From NCBI GenBank assembly GCA_951406725.2, contig OX597839.1, forward strand, positions 22,816,001 through 22,880,000: a DNA stretch of 64,000 bases, in the 5' to 3' direction. Each line of letters begins with the position of its first letter. Position 1 is the first letter of the stretch. The DNA is from Octopus vulgaris (taxonomy: Eukaryota). The notes below the pieces were generated by a model that saw only the letters and a program-made list of their open reading frames with translations, had not been told where the DNA came from and did no database searches. Below are positions 1 through 13,384 of this stretch, piece by piece. A program made the translations under genes and the position numbers.

Positions 1-200
1 TTGCTTATATTTACCTCTCATCACTGCTTGACAACCGGTGTTGGTATGTTTACACCCCCATAACTTAGTTGTTCAGCAAAACAGACTGATAGATTAAGTA
101 CCTGGCATATAAAAAAAGACTAAATACTGGGGCCAATTCTTTAAACTGGTGCCCCAGCATGGCCACAGTCTAATGACTGAAACAAGTAAATGTTAAAAGA
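1..200 (+). mobile_element. SINE family A, 3' half
   Basis: CTTGACAACCGGTGTTGG...GGTGCCCCAGCATGGCCACAGTCTAATGACTGAAACAAGTAAA matches the 3' half of the full copies at 16756 and 55912. Confidence 0.85.
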
Positions 201-347
201 TACACAAATGTGTGTGTGAGTCTCTATAATAAACACACACACATTCGCGTGCACGCGCACACACACACACACATGCACGCACGCATATATCGTCAGTAAA
301 TCATAAATCCTCCCAAGTTACAGAGCAGTGGAGCATTTAGAGAAAGG

Positions 348-594
348 TAGTTAAGGCCGGTTCATAGGGTCACCCCAGGCTTTTGCATCCATAAAGCGTG
401 TGGCAGAGCCTAAAGGCCAGTAGCTTATAACCTCTCTTCGAAGTGGCAGGAGAAAAGGCCTCATGGCTAGTTTTTGGACACACAAAGAAGAGAGGTTATA
501 GGCCACTGGCCTTTAGGGTCTGACGAGATGTATGTAAAGCCCAGTGCATTATGCACCTGAAACCCTGGGTAACCCCATGAACTGGCCATAACTG
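348..594. mobile_element. Degenerate palindromic element, probably derived from a Penelope-like element
   Basis: Nested inverted arms 348-379/564-594 and 404-439/487-522; right arm holds a hammerhead-like core. Confidence 0.65.
516..575 (+). ncRNA. Minimal type I hammerhead ribozyme-like motif
   Basis: Stem I GGGT/ACCC, core CTGACGA (520-526), stem II GATGTAT/ATGCACC, extra T, GAAA (559-562), palindromic stem III ACCC-T-GGGT, GUA cleavage triplet (569-571). Confidence 0.6.
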
Positions 595-610
595 TCTTCA
601 TCAAACTGTT

Positions 611-954
611 ATTCTTTTACTTGTTTCAGTCATTCGACTGCAGCCATGCTGGAGCACCACCTTTAGTTGAACAAATCTACCCCAGGACTTATTCTTTGTA
701 AGCCTAGTACTTATTCTATCAGTCGCTTTTGCCAGTCGTAAACAAACCAACATCAGTTGTCAAGCAATGGCAGGACACACACACACACAGAGGACACTCT
801 TCTTTCAGTTTCTGTCTACCAAATCCCCTCACAAGACTTTGGTTGGCCCGAGGCTATAGTTGAAGACAGTTGCCCAAGGTGCCACGGAGTGGGACTGAAC
901 CTGGAACCAGGAGGTTGGGAAGCTAGCTTCTTACTACACAGCCACTCCTGCGCC
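611..954 (-). mobile_element. tRNA-derived SINE family A, near full length
   Basis: Head GGCGCAGGAGTGGCTGTGTAGTAAG (A box) and GGTTCAGTCCC (B box), internal (TG)n, tail GACTGAAACAAGTAAAAGAAT. Confidence 0.9.
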
Positions 955-1085
955 TTATGTATATATGGTGTGTGTCTGTGTGTCTAATGAAAACAATTTA
1001 ATCGACACTATATTCTGTGATGCATAACTGATGTAGAAACAGAGATGATGTGTGTTGAGACTCACATCCAAAGCTTCAAATTGCA

Positions 1086-1129
<44 letters not shown>

Positions 1130-1404
1130 TACACACAGCTAGATAGACAAATATATATATAAAAAACAAGCAAAAATCAGAGACAGTCATCACACGAGAA
1201 GCGTCAATATGTTGAAGCGTGCAGCGTTAAGGAAAGCCAGGCAACAGCATCACTAATACGACCACACTTGTTGCTAACAAGCTGGAAACTCGGCAACTCA
1301 AAGATGCATGTCAAACCTCTCACGAAATAAAGGGCTGGACCCTTTTTTTCGCTGGAAGGAACCCTGATGGAAACTAGAAGCCAAAACTATCAGAACTATC
1401 CTAC

Positions 1405-1598
1405 CTGTCCTTTTTCCGTTTTTGAAACATGGTGATGGAGAAATTGTGAAATCCTTCTGTTGATGTTGTTGTTGTTGTTGTTGTTGTTGATGCTGTTTCG
1501 CTCTGAAAAATCCTAGTATGTTTAATTCTGTGTATTTTTTTTCTTAATTTGCTTTTAACGAACTTTATTCGTTGTTGCCATCCATGGAGTTTGCTCAT
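1405..1598 (-). CDS. Candidate alternative first coding exon with polybasic N-terminus (MSKLHGWQQRIKFVKSKLRKKIHRIKHTR...MFQKRKKD), phase 2
   Basis: Mostly non-repetitive ORF with an in-frame TGA four codons upstream, ending in donor CAG|GTAGGA; an internal ATG in ACCATG context would give MFQKRKKD. Confidence 0.4.
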
Positions 1599-1690
1599 AG
1601 GAGTCTGTCAGTCGGTCTCTTTAATGTGTGCCTACTTCTATGGTACATTGCTGTAGCTTCATCGCAACATCTCTCTACTCTCTCTCTCTC

Positions 1691-1712
1691 TCATCCATCT
1701 ATGATGTTTCTA

Positions 1713-1749
<37 letters not shown>

Positions 1750-1938
1750 ATCCATCCATGATGTTTCTACTCTCTCTCTTTCTCTCTCTCTCTGTCATCC
1801 ATCCATGATGTTTCTACTCTCTCTCTCTTTCTCTACCTCTCTCTTTCTCTCTGTCATCCATCTATGATGTTTCTACTCTCTCTCTCTCTTTCTCTCCCTC
1901 TCTCTTTCTCTCTCTCTCTCTCTGTCATCCATCTATGA

Positions 1939-1970
<32 letters not shown>
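1691..1970. repeat. Minisatellite: 5 units of TCATCCATCYATGATGTTTCT plus a (CT)n spacer
   Basis: Anchor recurs at about 1691, 1748, 1795, 1855 and 1925. Confidence 0.9.
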
Positions 1971-1974
<4 letters not shown>

Positions 1975-2705
1975 TGTCTCTCTTTCTTATCTTCTGACTC
2001 CATCCATTCCACTTTCTCTTCACAACAAATGAGAAAAAAAAAAGTAACAAAACGGTGAATGACACTGTCCAAGAGGAGGAGGTGGAGGAGGAGAGAGGGA
2101 GCGAGAGAGAGAAAGGGAGAGAGAGAGAAAGACCAAGATGAGAGACAAAGGAAGAGAGAAAGAGAGAGAAAAGAACAAAAAAACAAAAAAATGGAGAGAG
2201 AGAGAGAGCGATACAGAAGGCCGTAGGGAGAGATAGAGAGTAAATGATAGAGAAAGATAGGGGGGAAGGAAAGAGAAAGAGTGGGAATGAGATCAAATGA
2301 CAAAGAGGGAGAGTAGAGGGGGGGGAGGAGGGGGGGACATTAAAAAAGAATGAAGACATAAAAGGACTTAATATCTGTAACCGTTGAATAGATTGGTAGA
2401 CAAACAGACAGTCAGCCACACCATGTAGGCAGGACAAGTATATACATACATACATATACACATACACACATATACACACACACACATACATACATATATA
2501 TATACATATACATACACACATATACATACACACATACACACATACATACATACATATATATATATATACATATACATATAAACACATACATACATACACA
2601 CATACATACACACATACATACATACATACATATATATATATACACTTACACACGTAGATAAATATTTGTGTGTGCTCACGAATGCATGCACATATTTGTT
2701 TCTGA

Positions 2706-2750
<45 letters not shown>

Positions 2751-2791
2751 AAAAAGAGAATGAGAGAGATGAATGAATGGTTAGGGTGGTT

Positions 2792-2827
<36 letters not shown>

Positions 2828-3808
2828 ATTGCGATTAGTCACATCTTAGTAAATTTGTTGTTGTCATGAATGATAAAATAGCGGATGGCATAGTGACCAT
2901 TGTTGTTGTGCAGCACCATTCCAACCCCGACCAAACTGTCAGAGAGTGTAACCCAGAAATACATATGAATTTGTATTGAATAAAAAAGAAAAAAAAGGTG
3001 TCATTCAGTAGGGGTAGGGTGTTGGTAACTGTTTCCATGGGGAGGGGTACTGCTTCATCTGAAGACACTCTGAGGCCAAGGAAACAAATACCCCAGCATC
3101 ACATGGAGCATGCTCGCCAGGGCTCTTCTTTACTCATGTGGGGCACATCACTGCAAACCATGCCTCTGCAAGAAACTCTATATATGGCAACTCACTTTAG
3201 TATCCATCAACAGGAAACTGATCAAAAGATGTTTTCAGTCAACAAACTTCAAGGTATTGGACATTGATAACCCAGAAAGCCTACCCTAACCTTAGTTGGC
3301 CCACACTTACTGATAACTCAGAAAGACCACTCTAAATCTAGCCAGCCCGTGCACAGTGGCAGGATATACAATCCGTCTGACCATAGTAAGATTATTTTCT
3401 TTCTGCATATTATCACCATGGCCCAAAATCCCCTGGTCAAAATTACATCATTTAACCATGTTTGACATGCAAGTAGATATGTAACCTGACATCACCAAAT
3501 CAGTTTCCTCACCACTGGAATGTCACTAACTGACATCACTGAACTCCAAAATCCTACAGATCACTGCTCACCTGACACAAATGGACTGTCAACTCTACCA
3601 CATGGAATACATATAAGCTTTGTTCAGCCCACATGTGAGACTAGTGCTGCAGCACAATGATCCTTGATCACATTCGGAAAAAGAACCGCCCAACTGACTG
3701 CCCAACTGACATATACATACTCACACATGCACACAATCTCATACACACACATATACATTCTCACACTCATACAAACACACATACAATCACTCTCTCTCAC
3801 ACACACAC

Positions 3809-3970
3809 ATGATGGGCTTCTTTCAGGTTCCGTCTACCAAATCTACTCACGAGAGTTTGGTTGACCTGAGTCTAGAGTAGAAGATACTTTGCCAAGGTGA
3901 CATGCAGTGGGATTGAACCCAGAAGCATGTGGTTGGAAAGCAAGCTTCTGACCACACAATCACATCTGTA
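3809..3970 (-). mobile_element. SINE family A, 5' half (diverged)
   Basis: GGGCTTCTTTCAGGTTCCGTCTACCAAATC...GCAGTGGGATTGAACCCAG. Confidence 0.8.
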
Positions 3971-4767
3971 CATTTATTATGCTTTATTTATTTATTTTTT
4001 TTTCAGTTATTAAAAAAAAAAAAAGGGAAAAGAATTCCTTCCTCAGTTTCAGGTGAAGAGACAGTCCCGAAATGTCAAGAGTCCAATCTGCCCCCATGGC
4101 AGCAGAGAAACTTCACCAAAGTTTCTGACTTGCATTAAACATTAAAAGATTTTATTTTCTGGTTAAACCAAAAATAAAGAACACAACTCCACCGAAGAAG
4201 CTTTACCATTTTTATATTCCATTGCTGTCATGAATTAAAAGGGGTCTGCTGCAACACAACATCACTTTGCCTAACCCCTAAACCTGTGCCATTTAATCTG
4301 CAAGGCACAATATCTTCTCAGCCCTGAATTAACTTCTTCTCCCTGCCACTAAAACCACCCCTAGATTAGCTCTGCCACCGTAGTCAAGGCTTTCAGAAAG
4401 TTTCTGCCGATGCCTCAAAGCTCTTTTTCACCTCACATGCATCGCCCATTCCCATAAAAATGCGCTGCTGGATGATGTGCGCATTAACTCACACCATAAA
4501 AGTTGAATGCAATTAAGTTAATATGGGTTGGTGTGTATAAAAAACTATATTGACTATTAAGCGTAAGGAAGATTGTTGTATTGATAAAACTGTATATATA
4601 TATATATATGTGTATACACACACGTGCTTGTAAGTAATTGGGGATGTCTTTTTCTACGATCACTGCTGCGTGTATGAGTTGATAGACACAGCTTTATAGC
4701 ACAGCTTTTTCGTACATCACATTTGTGCCCTTATATACAGGCAAATACACAGATACATATATGAGTG

Positions 4768-4833
<66 letters not shown>

Positions 4834-5014
4834 CATAAAAAAACAATAAAGGCGACACACATAGAAGACAATAAGATGAATAAAGTATTAATTTAATGCT
4901 TTCCTATGTGTGTATGTGAATATAAATACATATGTATATAATTATACAACATATATAACCATACACACACACATATACATGCATGTGCATATATATACAT
5001 ACATATATATACAC

Positions 5015-5049
<35 letters not shown>

Positions 5050-5158
5050 CATATATATATGTATGTATGTATGTATATATAAATAAATGTGATGGAGGTT
5101 GTTAAAGGTATAAAAAATAGATTATATATGTGGGTGTATGTGTATACATATTTATATG

Positions 5159-5196
<38 letters not shown>

Positions 5197-5259
5197 TATA
5201 TACATATATATATATACACATATACTTACATATATATATATATATATATATATACTTAC

Positions 5260-5290
<31 letters not shown>

Positions 5291-6006
5291 CACACATATA
5301 CTTACATATATATATATATACTTGCATATATATATATGCACATATACACACATACACACAAACACATACACACAAACACATACACACACATTTTATGTTT
5401 TGGTAGGAAACCATAAAAACCTCAATATAGTTGTATATCAGAAGTGTCTACACTCTCAGATTCAATGAACCAACCGGCTGAAAGAGCAGTTAAAGGCTAT
5501 ATAAACCCTATTTATTTCACATTAATTAACATTATATATAAATATTCCTTTTATCTTTTATGTGTTTCAGTCACTGGACTGTGGCCATGCTGGGGCACCA
5601 TCATGAAGAGATTTCTAAGGTTTTTTTTTCTTTTCTTTTCTTTTTAGTCAACCAAAATATTAACCCTTGTCCTCGTTTTAGGCTAGAGACTTGTTCTGTC
5701 AGTAAACAAACCTACCCAGCTAGTCAAGCTGTGTGTGTGAGAGAGAGAGAGACACACACATGCATGAATGCACGCACACACACACACACACACATGCACA
5801 CTCACATATGTAAGCATGGAAAAGAGGACATTAAAATGATGATGATGATGATAATCTTGTCCACAAAAAAAGGGATTCACATGCTAACCAAAACCTTTTG
5901 AAAGGCATTTGGTAAAAGAAAACTGAAAGAAGCTTTCAACAGGGTTGGTAGACCTGCTATAAACAGCTGTCAAAACCCTTAACATAGTAGTCCAAGGGAC
6001 ACACTA

Positions 6007-7623
6007 CATTATGTTGATTCTACATGACCCCTAAAATGTCAGGATGGTCACAGTTGGAGCGTTATTGATTAAAGGTCTGCTTGAGTCAGGGATGACTTAC
6101 TCTTTATTCTTTTACTCGTTTCAGTCATTTTGACTGCTGCCATGCTGGAGCACCGCCTTTAATCGAGCAACTCGACCCCGGGACTTATTCTTTTGTAAGC
6201 CCAGTACTTATTCTATCGGTCTCTTTTGCCGAACCGCTAAGTAACTAAATTTTTCAGACCTTATGAACTCTCTTATAATTCACTGCATTCCCCACAAAAC
6301 ATCATCACCATCATCGATTAATGTCTGTTTTCCATGCTGGAATGGGTTGGAGAGTTTGACAGGAGCTGGCAAGGCCGGAGAGCTACACCAGGTTCCAGTT
6401 GTCTGTTTTCTTAGAGTTTCTAAGAAAATAATAAACAAATAATAAACAAATGCTGGGGTCGATTCATTCAACCAAAACATGGTGCCCCAGCATGGCCACA
6501 GTCTATTGACTGAAATAAGTAAAAGAAAAAAGGAAGAAAAAATGATAACGTCCTGCTTTTCTATCGCAACTCGACCCTGGGACTTATTCTTTTGTAAGCC
6601 CAGTACTTATTCTATCGGTCTCTTTTGCCGAACCGCTAAGTAACTAAATTTTTCAGACCTTATGAACTCTCTTATAATTCACTGCATTCCCCACAAAACA
6701 TCATCACCATCATCGATTAATGTCTGTTTTCCATGCTGGAATGGGTTGGAAAGTTTGACAGGAGCTGGCAAGGCCGGAGAGCTGCACCAGGTTCCAGTTG
6801 TCTGTTTTCTTAGAGTTTCTACAACTGGATGTCCTTCCTAAGGCCAACCACTCTACAGAGTGAGTTTCTTATGCGGCACCGACACAGATTCTTATTACGT
6901 GGCACTGGCACAATAGTGTGTGTGTGTGTGGGGGGGGAATGCAGTGAATTATAAGAGAGTTCATAAGGTCTGAAAAATTTAGTTATTAAGTCATCCCTGA
7001 CTCAAGCAGACTTTTAATCAATAACGCTCCAACTGTGACCATCCTGACTTTTTAGGGGTCATGTAGAATCAACATAATGTGTGTGTTTGTCTTCTTGTGT
7101 TGACATCACATGATACTTGTAAACAAGTGCCACCCTCACTCAGGTGGTACCTTTTGTTTTCAGTCTTCCATGAAAACATGTCTGGTCACAAACCAATAAT
7201 GCCTTGCTTGGAAACAGGTGAGAGAGTTGGTGATAGGAGGGGCAAGTAGATGCCATGCTCCAGATGACCAGAGTTTGGTGCAGCTCTCCAGCTTTGCCAT
7301 CTCTGGTCAAACCAGCCAACCCATGCCTGCATGGACAACGGGCGTTAAGTAATGGAGATGATGTGTGTGTGTGTGTGTGTGTCTTTGCTTGTCCCTCATC
7401 ACCTCTTGACAACTGGTGTCAATGTGTTCACATCCCTGTCAACTTAGCAGTTCAGCAAAAGAGACTGACAGAATAATTACCAGGCTTAAAATAATAAACA
7501 AATGCTGGGGTCGATTCATTCAACCAAAACATGGTGCCCCAGCATGGCCACAGTCTATTGACTGAAATAAGTAAAAGAAAAAAGGAAGAAAAAATGATAA
7601 CGTCCTGCTTTTCTATCGCAACT
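6007..7623. repeat. Complex local rearrangement: inverted duplication, direct duplications and SINE A/C fragments
   Basis: 6007-6098 and 6243-6292 are inverted at 6988-7080 and 6935-6985; 6167-6422 repeats at 6566-6821; 6430-6571 repeats at 7489-7623. Confidence 0.85.
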
Positions 7624-8226
7624 TTTGACAGTGCTCCAGTATGGGCTTCACCCTAAAGAACTAAAGGACACACAGACATGCCATCTGAATGATGGCCCTT
7701 TTGTCACTTTTCTTTGCCTTTCTAAACATGACATCATCCACGTCTGACCTAAACACCTCATAACATATCCCCCATCCCCCGACCCCTCTGTAAGGTGTCA
7801 CCTTGGTCATTGATCGGTCAGTGATTAATTAATGAGTGGAGGTTGTGGAGGTGTGGAGGGGAGATAATGGTCAGTCACACAAACAGTAACAAGATTTCAA
7901 TTTGGAGATCACGCACAAGACACACTTGTGTTTGGACGCAGATGGACGGACAGACGGATGGACAGATGGACACCCCCATCACAACCCTTAACATTTATAT
8001 TACACCTAACCTACCCCCTTGCCCACCAGTTACAGTGTTAAGGACAAATGCATAAAACAATGTCTATAAACTATGGGTGTGTGTAGAGTCAGTTTCTATA
8101 GATTATAGTGCGGGTCACCTGGGGAAGAATGTGTCTGTATGGGTGGATAATGATGTATTTTTACCTGAAGATGAATGTGTGTGTGTGTGTGTGTGTGTGT
8201 CAGACAGTGTGTATATATATCTATCG

Positions 8227-8559
8227 TCTTTTATTTGTTTCAGTCATTAGATTGTGGCCATGCTGGGGCATCATTTTGAAGAATCTTAGTCAATAATTAA
8301 TATTTTCTAAGCTCTCTACTAATTCTATTGGTCGCTTTTACCAAAGTGCTAAGTTATGGGGATGTAAACACACCAACACCAGTTGTCAAGCAGTGGTAGT
8401 GGGGAAAACAGACACAAAGACACACACACAAATACACAAGGCTTTGGTTGGCCCGAGGCTGTATTAGAAGACACATGTCCAATGTGCCACACAGTGGGAC
8501 TGATCCTGGAACCATATGGTTGGGAAGCAAGCTTCTTACCACACAGCCACTCCTACACC
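8227..8559 (-). mobile_element. SINE family A with internal deletion
   Basis: Head and tail motifs as in the other copies. Confidence 0.85.
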
Positions 8560-8664
<105 letters not shown>

Positions 8665-8834
8665 TAGATAGATAGATAGATATATATACACACACATATA
8701 TATATATTTATATTTATATATATATATGTGTATGCATATATAACACAATGTCACCTGTGGAAGAAATGTGTGTTTGTGTGTATGAGTGTATATGTGTGTG
8801 TGTGAGTGTGTGTGTGCGTGGTGCAAGTGGTCAT

Positions 8835-8874
<40 letters not shown>

Positions 8875-8978
8875 GCAAAGGACTCATGACTAAGCAGTGG
8901 AATGTCTCTCAGACAGGTCAGCTGTAGAGGTTGGGTGGTGAGGGTGGGGCTGTCACATGGCATGTGTGTGTGTGTGTC

Positions 8979-9020
<42 letters not shown>

Positions 9021-9130
9021 TGTAGTGAATGGATGAAAAGGGAGGCAGCTGTAGAATGCTACCAGCAAAAGCAGCAGTGGGAGCTGTTTGAAAGTGGGAT
9101 GAGAGAGAGAGAGAGAGAAAGCAAGAGAAG

Positions 9131-9164
<34 letters not shown>

Positions 9165-9274
9165 GAAGGAGATAGCTGGAGGGAGGGAGAGAAAGAGAAA
9201 GTTATATGCATGTGTGACAATTAAGAAAACATTTAAACATTTAAAGCTAATAAGACAGTATGGAGAAAGCCGAT

Positions 9275-9563
9275 GGAGGTGGAGGTGGTGGTGGTGGTGG
9301 TGGAGGTGGTGGAGGTGGTGGTGGTGGAGGTGGTGGTGGAGGAGGTGGTGGTGGAGGTGGTGGTGGTGGTGGTGGTGGTGGTGGAGGTGGTGGTGGAGGT
9401 GGTGGAGGTGATGGTGGTGGTGGTGGAGGAGGTGGTGGAGGAGGTGGAGGTGGTGGAGGAGGTGGTGGTGGTGGTGGTGGTGGAGGTGGCGGTGGTTATG
9501 ATGGTGGTGGAGGTGTTGGTGGAGGTGGTGATGGTGGTGGTGGTGGTGGAGGTGGTGGTGGTG
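9275..9563. repeat. (GGT/GGA)n microsatellite
   Basis: Directly visible; explains the poly-G, poly-V and poly-H ORFs. Confidence 0.97.
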
Positions 9564-9712
9564 CGTATCTGCGATGCTGTGGAGCTGCCTAAGAATCGAA
9601 GAGTGAAGGCAGAGAGAATTGGTAGAATCTTTAAAAGTGCAGAAGAGGCTGCTTTGTGTTACAAGGCATCCCCTGTGTGATGGAAATGTGTTGCGTTCCT
9701 TAAAATTCTTAC

Positions 9713-9771
9713 CGTAATGTGGAATTCCACAACATGGAAACCTGTGTTCCTTGTGGGCTTGCATTAAACAT
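9713..9771 (-). CDS. Weak candidate first coding exon (MFNASPQGTQVSMLWNSTL+CG), phase 2
   Basis: Unique sequence, upstream in-frame TGA, donor ACG|GTAAGA; another frame (MQAHKEHRFPCCGIPHY, phase 1) is equally possible. Confidence 0.2.
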
Positions 9772-10383
9772 GGACTCCAAGGGAAAATATCCTCCCTGTC
9801 AGGGAATTCTATATTGTGACAAGATCTTTGGGAATTCAACACTTACATCACTGGGGGGGGAGACACGGTGTTGATACCTGTATTTATGGCTCTTGGCAAT
9901 CTGGGTTCAAATCCCACTTGTGGGGGTTGGGGGGGGGGGGGCAACTCTGCTTGTCATCCTTTCAAGCAGGGTGGTGAGCTGGGGGTAGTAATTAAATAAA
10001 GTATTGAGGTTCCATGGTAGATCTCCATTGTTGAGCAATGAGAATTCAGTTGTTTGATTTTGACTGAATTACCTGCTCCTGAATCAACACGTAGGTGGCT
10101 GAGTACACCACGGACATATGTACACTTAATGTAACTCTTAGGCAGAATCAGCATGACTGACACACAATGTGATAATGCTGGACGTTAAGGATTACAAGCA
10201 CAATTTATCTGAAGGGCTTTGATACAGTTTCCATTTCCCCAATTTCACTCACAAAGTATAAGGTTGACCAGAAGGTATAGAAAATGCCATATGGTGGGAT
10301 TGAACCTGGAACTTGAGATTGAAAAACTTCTTAACCATTCAGTCACCAATGTTAGGGTCAATATAAGTAACAAGACCCGTCAC

Positions 10384-10531
10384 TATGTTCTGAGTTTAAA
10401 TTCCGCCAAGGTCAACTTTGCCTTTCATCCTTTCAGCGTCGATAAATTAAGTACCAGTGAGACACTGGGGTCAATGTAATCAACTATCCCCCCACCACAA
10501 AATTTCAAATCTTGTGCCTTTAGTAGAAGGG
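10384..10531 (+). mobile_element. SINE family B, 5'-truncated
   Basis: Central domain GCCTTTCATCCTTTCAGCGTCGATAAATTAAGTACCAG; ends in an (ATT)n tail. Confidence 0.8.
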
Positions 10532-10746
10532 ATTATTATTATTATCATCATTATCATTATTATCATTATTATTATTATTATTATCACCATTATCATTATC
10601 ATTGTCATTATTATTATCATTATTATCATTATCATTATTATTATCATTATTATTATCATTATCATTATTATCATTATTATCATTATTATTATCATTATTA
10701 TTATTATTATTATTATCAACATTATTATTATTATTATTATCATTAC

Positions 10747-10782
<36 letters not shown>

Positions 10783-10931
10783 CATCATTATTATTATTAT
10801 CATTACTATTATTATTATTATTATTATTATTATCATTACTATTATTATTATTATTATCATTATTATTATTATTATTATTATCATCATTATTATTATTATT
10901 ATCATTACTATTATTATTATTATCATGATTA

Positions 10932-11003
<72 letters not shown>
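10532..11003. repeat. (ATT/ATC)n microsatellite, expanded SINE tail
   Basis: About 470 bp of triplet repeat directly after the SINE B end. Confidence 0.97.
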
Positions 11004-11557
11004 GGGTAGAATGAAAGGCAGTGAGATGGCAGAATCATATTGTGGACATGTGTGTATGAATACCTGTGTGTGGTCACTGCTTGACAACAGGTGTTACTTT
11101 ATGCCCGTTGGTTTACATTACTGTAACTTTGCAGATCAGAAAACAGAGACTGACAGAATAAGTGCCAGGATTTTAAAAAAAGCAATTTCTGAGCTTGATT
11201 TGTTCTTGAAAAACCTTTCCAGGCTGAGCTCCAGCACGGCCAGAGTCGAAACAATAAAAGAATAAAGGATAATTCATTAGGACAGAAATCTGGTCATAAA
11301 AAAGATTAAAAGAGCCTCTTAGATTGTGATTAGCAGTTAATCTGAGTTGTTGTTGTTGTGGGGGGGGAGGAGAGAGGGAAAGACATCAAAGGGTCCAATC
11401 TATATTTTTTTATTGACTTGGCTAGTTACCATTTCAAATATTATTAAATCAACAGAGATTGCTCTTTGTACATGTGTGTCTAAATGGAGTCGTATTGATT
11501 AATGCTAGTCGTCGAGTACCTACACAGGGCACCCACCCCGCCTTCTTATGCTTAACT

Positions 11558-11719
11558 GGTGTGGCTGTGTGGTAAGAAGTCTGCTTCCCAATCACGTGGT
11601 TTTGGGTTCAGTCCCACTGTGTGGTACCTCAAAGACGTGTCTTCTACTGTATATAACCCTAAGTCAACCAGAGCCTTGTGAGTGGATCTAGTAGACAAAA
11701 CCTGATAGAAGCCAGTCAT
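11558..11719 (+). mobile_element. SINE family A, 5' half
   Basis: GTGGCTGTGTGGTAAGAAG...GGGTTCAGTCCCACTG. Confidence 0.8.
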
Positions 11720-11843
11720 ATATATGTGTTAGCATTATTATTATTATTATCATTATTATTATTATTATTATGCGAAAACATCATAAACTCCATACAATCA
11801 AAGTTATGAAATTGTGTTGCTGTTTAAGCAATGCGGCAAAATA

Positions 11844-11905
<62 letters not shown>

Positions 11906-12007
11906 ATATATATATGTATGTATATATATATATGTATGTATATATATATATGTATGTATATGTATATATATATATGTATGTATTATTATTTTTTTTATAT
12001 ATATATG

Positions 12008-12124
<117 letters not shown>

Positions 12125-12288
12125 GAAAAAAGCAACAAGTTGCTTTTTTCCTATTTGTAATCACCCCACTTGTCGTATGGTTAACACCATATAGATTTCC
12201 GGTGCATCCTAGTTAAGGGCCATATTCATGTGAATTCATTAGAACTCACTTGAATCTCAATTACTTAAACCTATATATACATATATAT

Positions 12289-12320
<32 letters not shown>

Positions 12321-12490
12321 TTAAAAGTTCAGGGTTGAAGTGAATCAGATGGTTAAATGGTAAAGCACCGGGTTGGGTCAGAAAAATGGAAATCGTGTCT
12401 ACTATGAAATCAGAGGAACATGATGATCTCCATCAATAAAAAAAACTTTTTGGAAACAGCTGTAGGGAATGAACTATTATCTATCTGTTG

Positions 12491-12558
<68 letters not shown>

Positions 12559-13384
12559 ACAATTGAGGGTAAAATTAATTAGTTATTAATCAATTTCACC
12601 AAGTAGTGTTCAGTATGTAAAAGGACCATTTAAGGCGTATTCAAAATATTACATTATATAATTAGGGCTTAGTAAAATAAATTACTTTGCCACATACTGA
12701 AGTTTTTAGAAATAGCAGCCAAAAGGTTTTTTAGCTATTTCCGCTACTTTAAGAAAAGTATATATATATATGTATATATATGATCCAAGGATGGAGATGT
12801 AGGAAGAAAGTTAGTTTCAAGCAAACTGTGGTAAATATAAAAAACAACTTTTACGGACGATAGTGGTTTATTGAGATGGAAGGTTGTGGATTATTTCCTT
12901 ATCAAAGTACGATAAACTGAAAAAAGTTCTTTTTATATTTCACGGTAGGCAACCAGGGTTGCAGGGTGTGCGAATAAGAATACAAGAGTTAAGGAATGGA
13001 GTAGATAAGATCTGGGTTACATATGATTTATACCGAGTGGAACCTCAGAAGTGGTAAATATCCAAGCTAAGTGTATACCATGGGCTACTCTTCAGGCCAA
13101 GGGTCATCTTGATTAAATAAAAATTCACATTATCGCTGTTACATTCCCAAAATCCCCCCACGATAGGGGAAAATCCACAAAGTAGAAACAGTACTGTACT
13201 GTATAAGTTTTTTGCTATTATTTTTATAATTTGTTTATATTTATTTTATTATAAATGCAAAACAACACCACAGAGGAATTGACATAAGCTTGAATAATAA
13301 ACTGCAGCAGGTGAACCACGACAGGTGAACTGCAATATGGCCTGGGATTCCTGTAATTGTAAATGAGCATCGCCATAACACAAG

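Noticed and set aside
3400-3670. Possible very old CR1/L2 fragment (ISFVQPTCE resembles SLVRPxLEY)
   Set aside because: Too degenerate to support without an alignment.
8751-9842. 363-aa minus-strand His-rich ORF
   Set aside because: Mostly (CCA)n, (CT)n and (CA)n repeats with a non-ATG start; only the small unique part was kept as a weak candidate exon.
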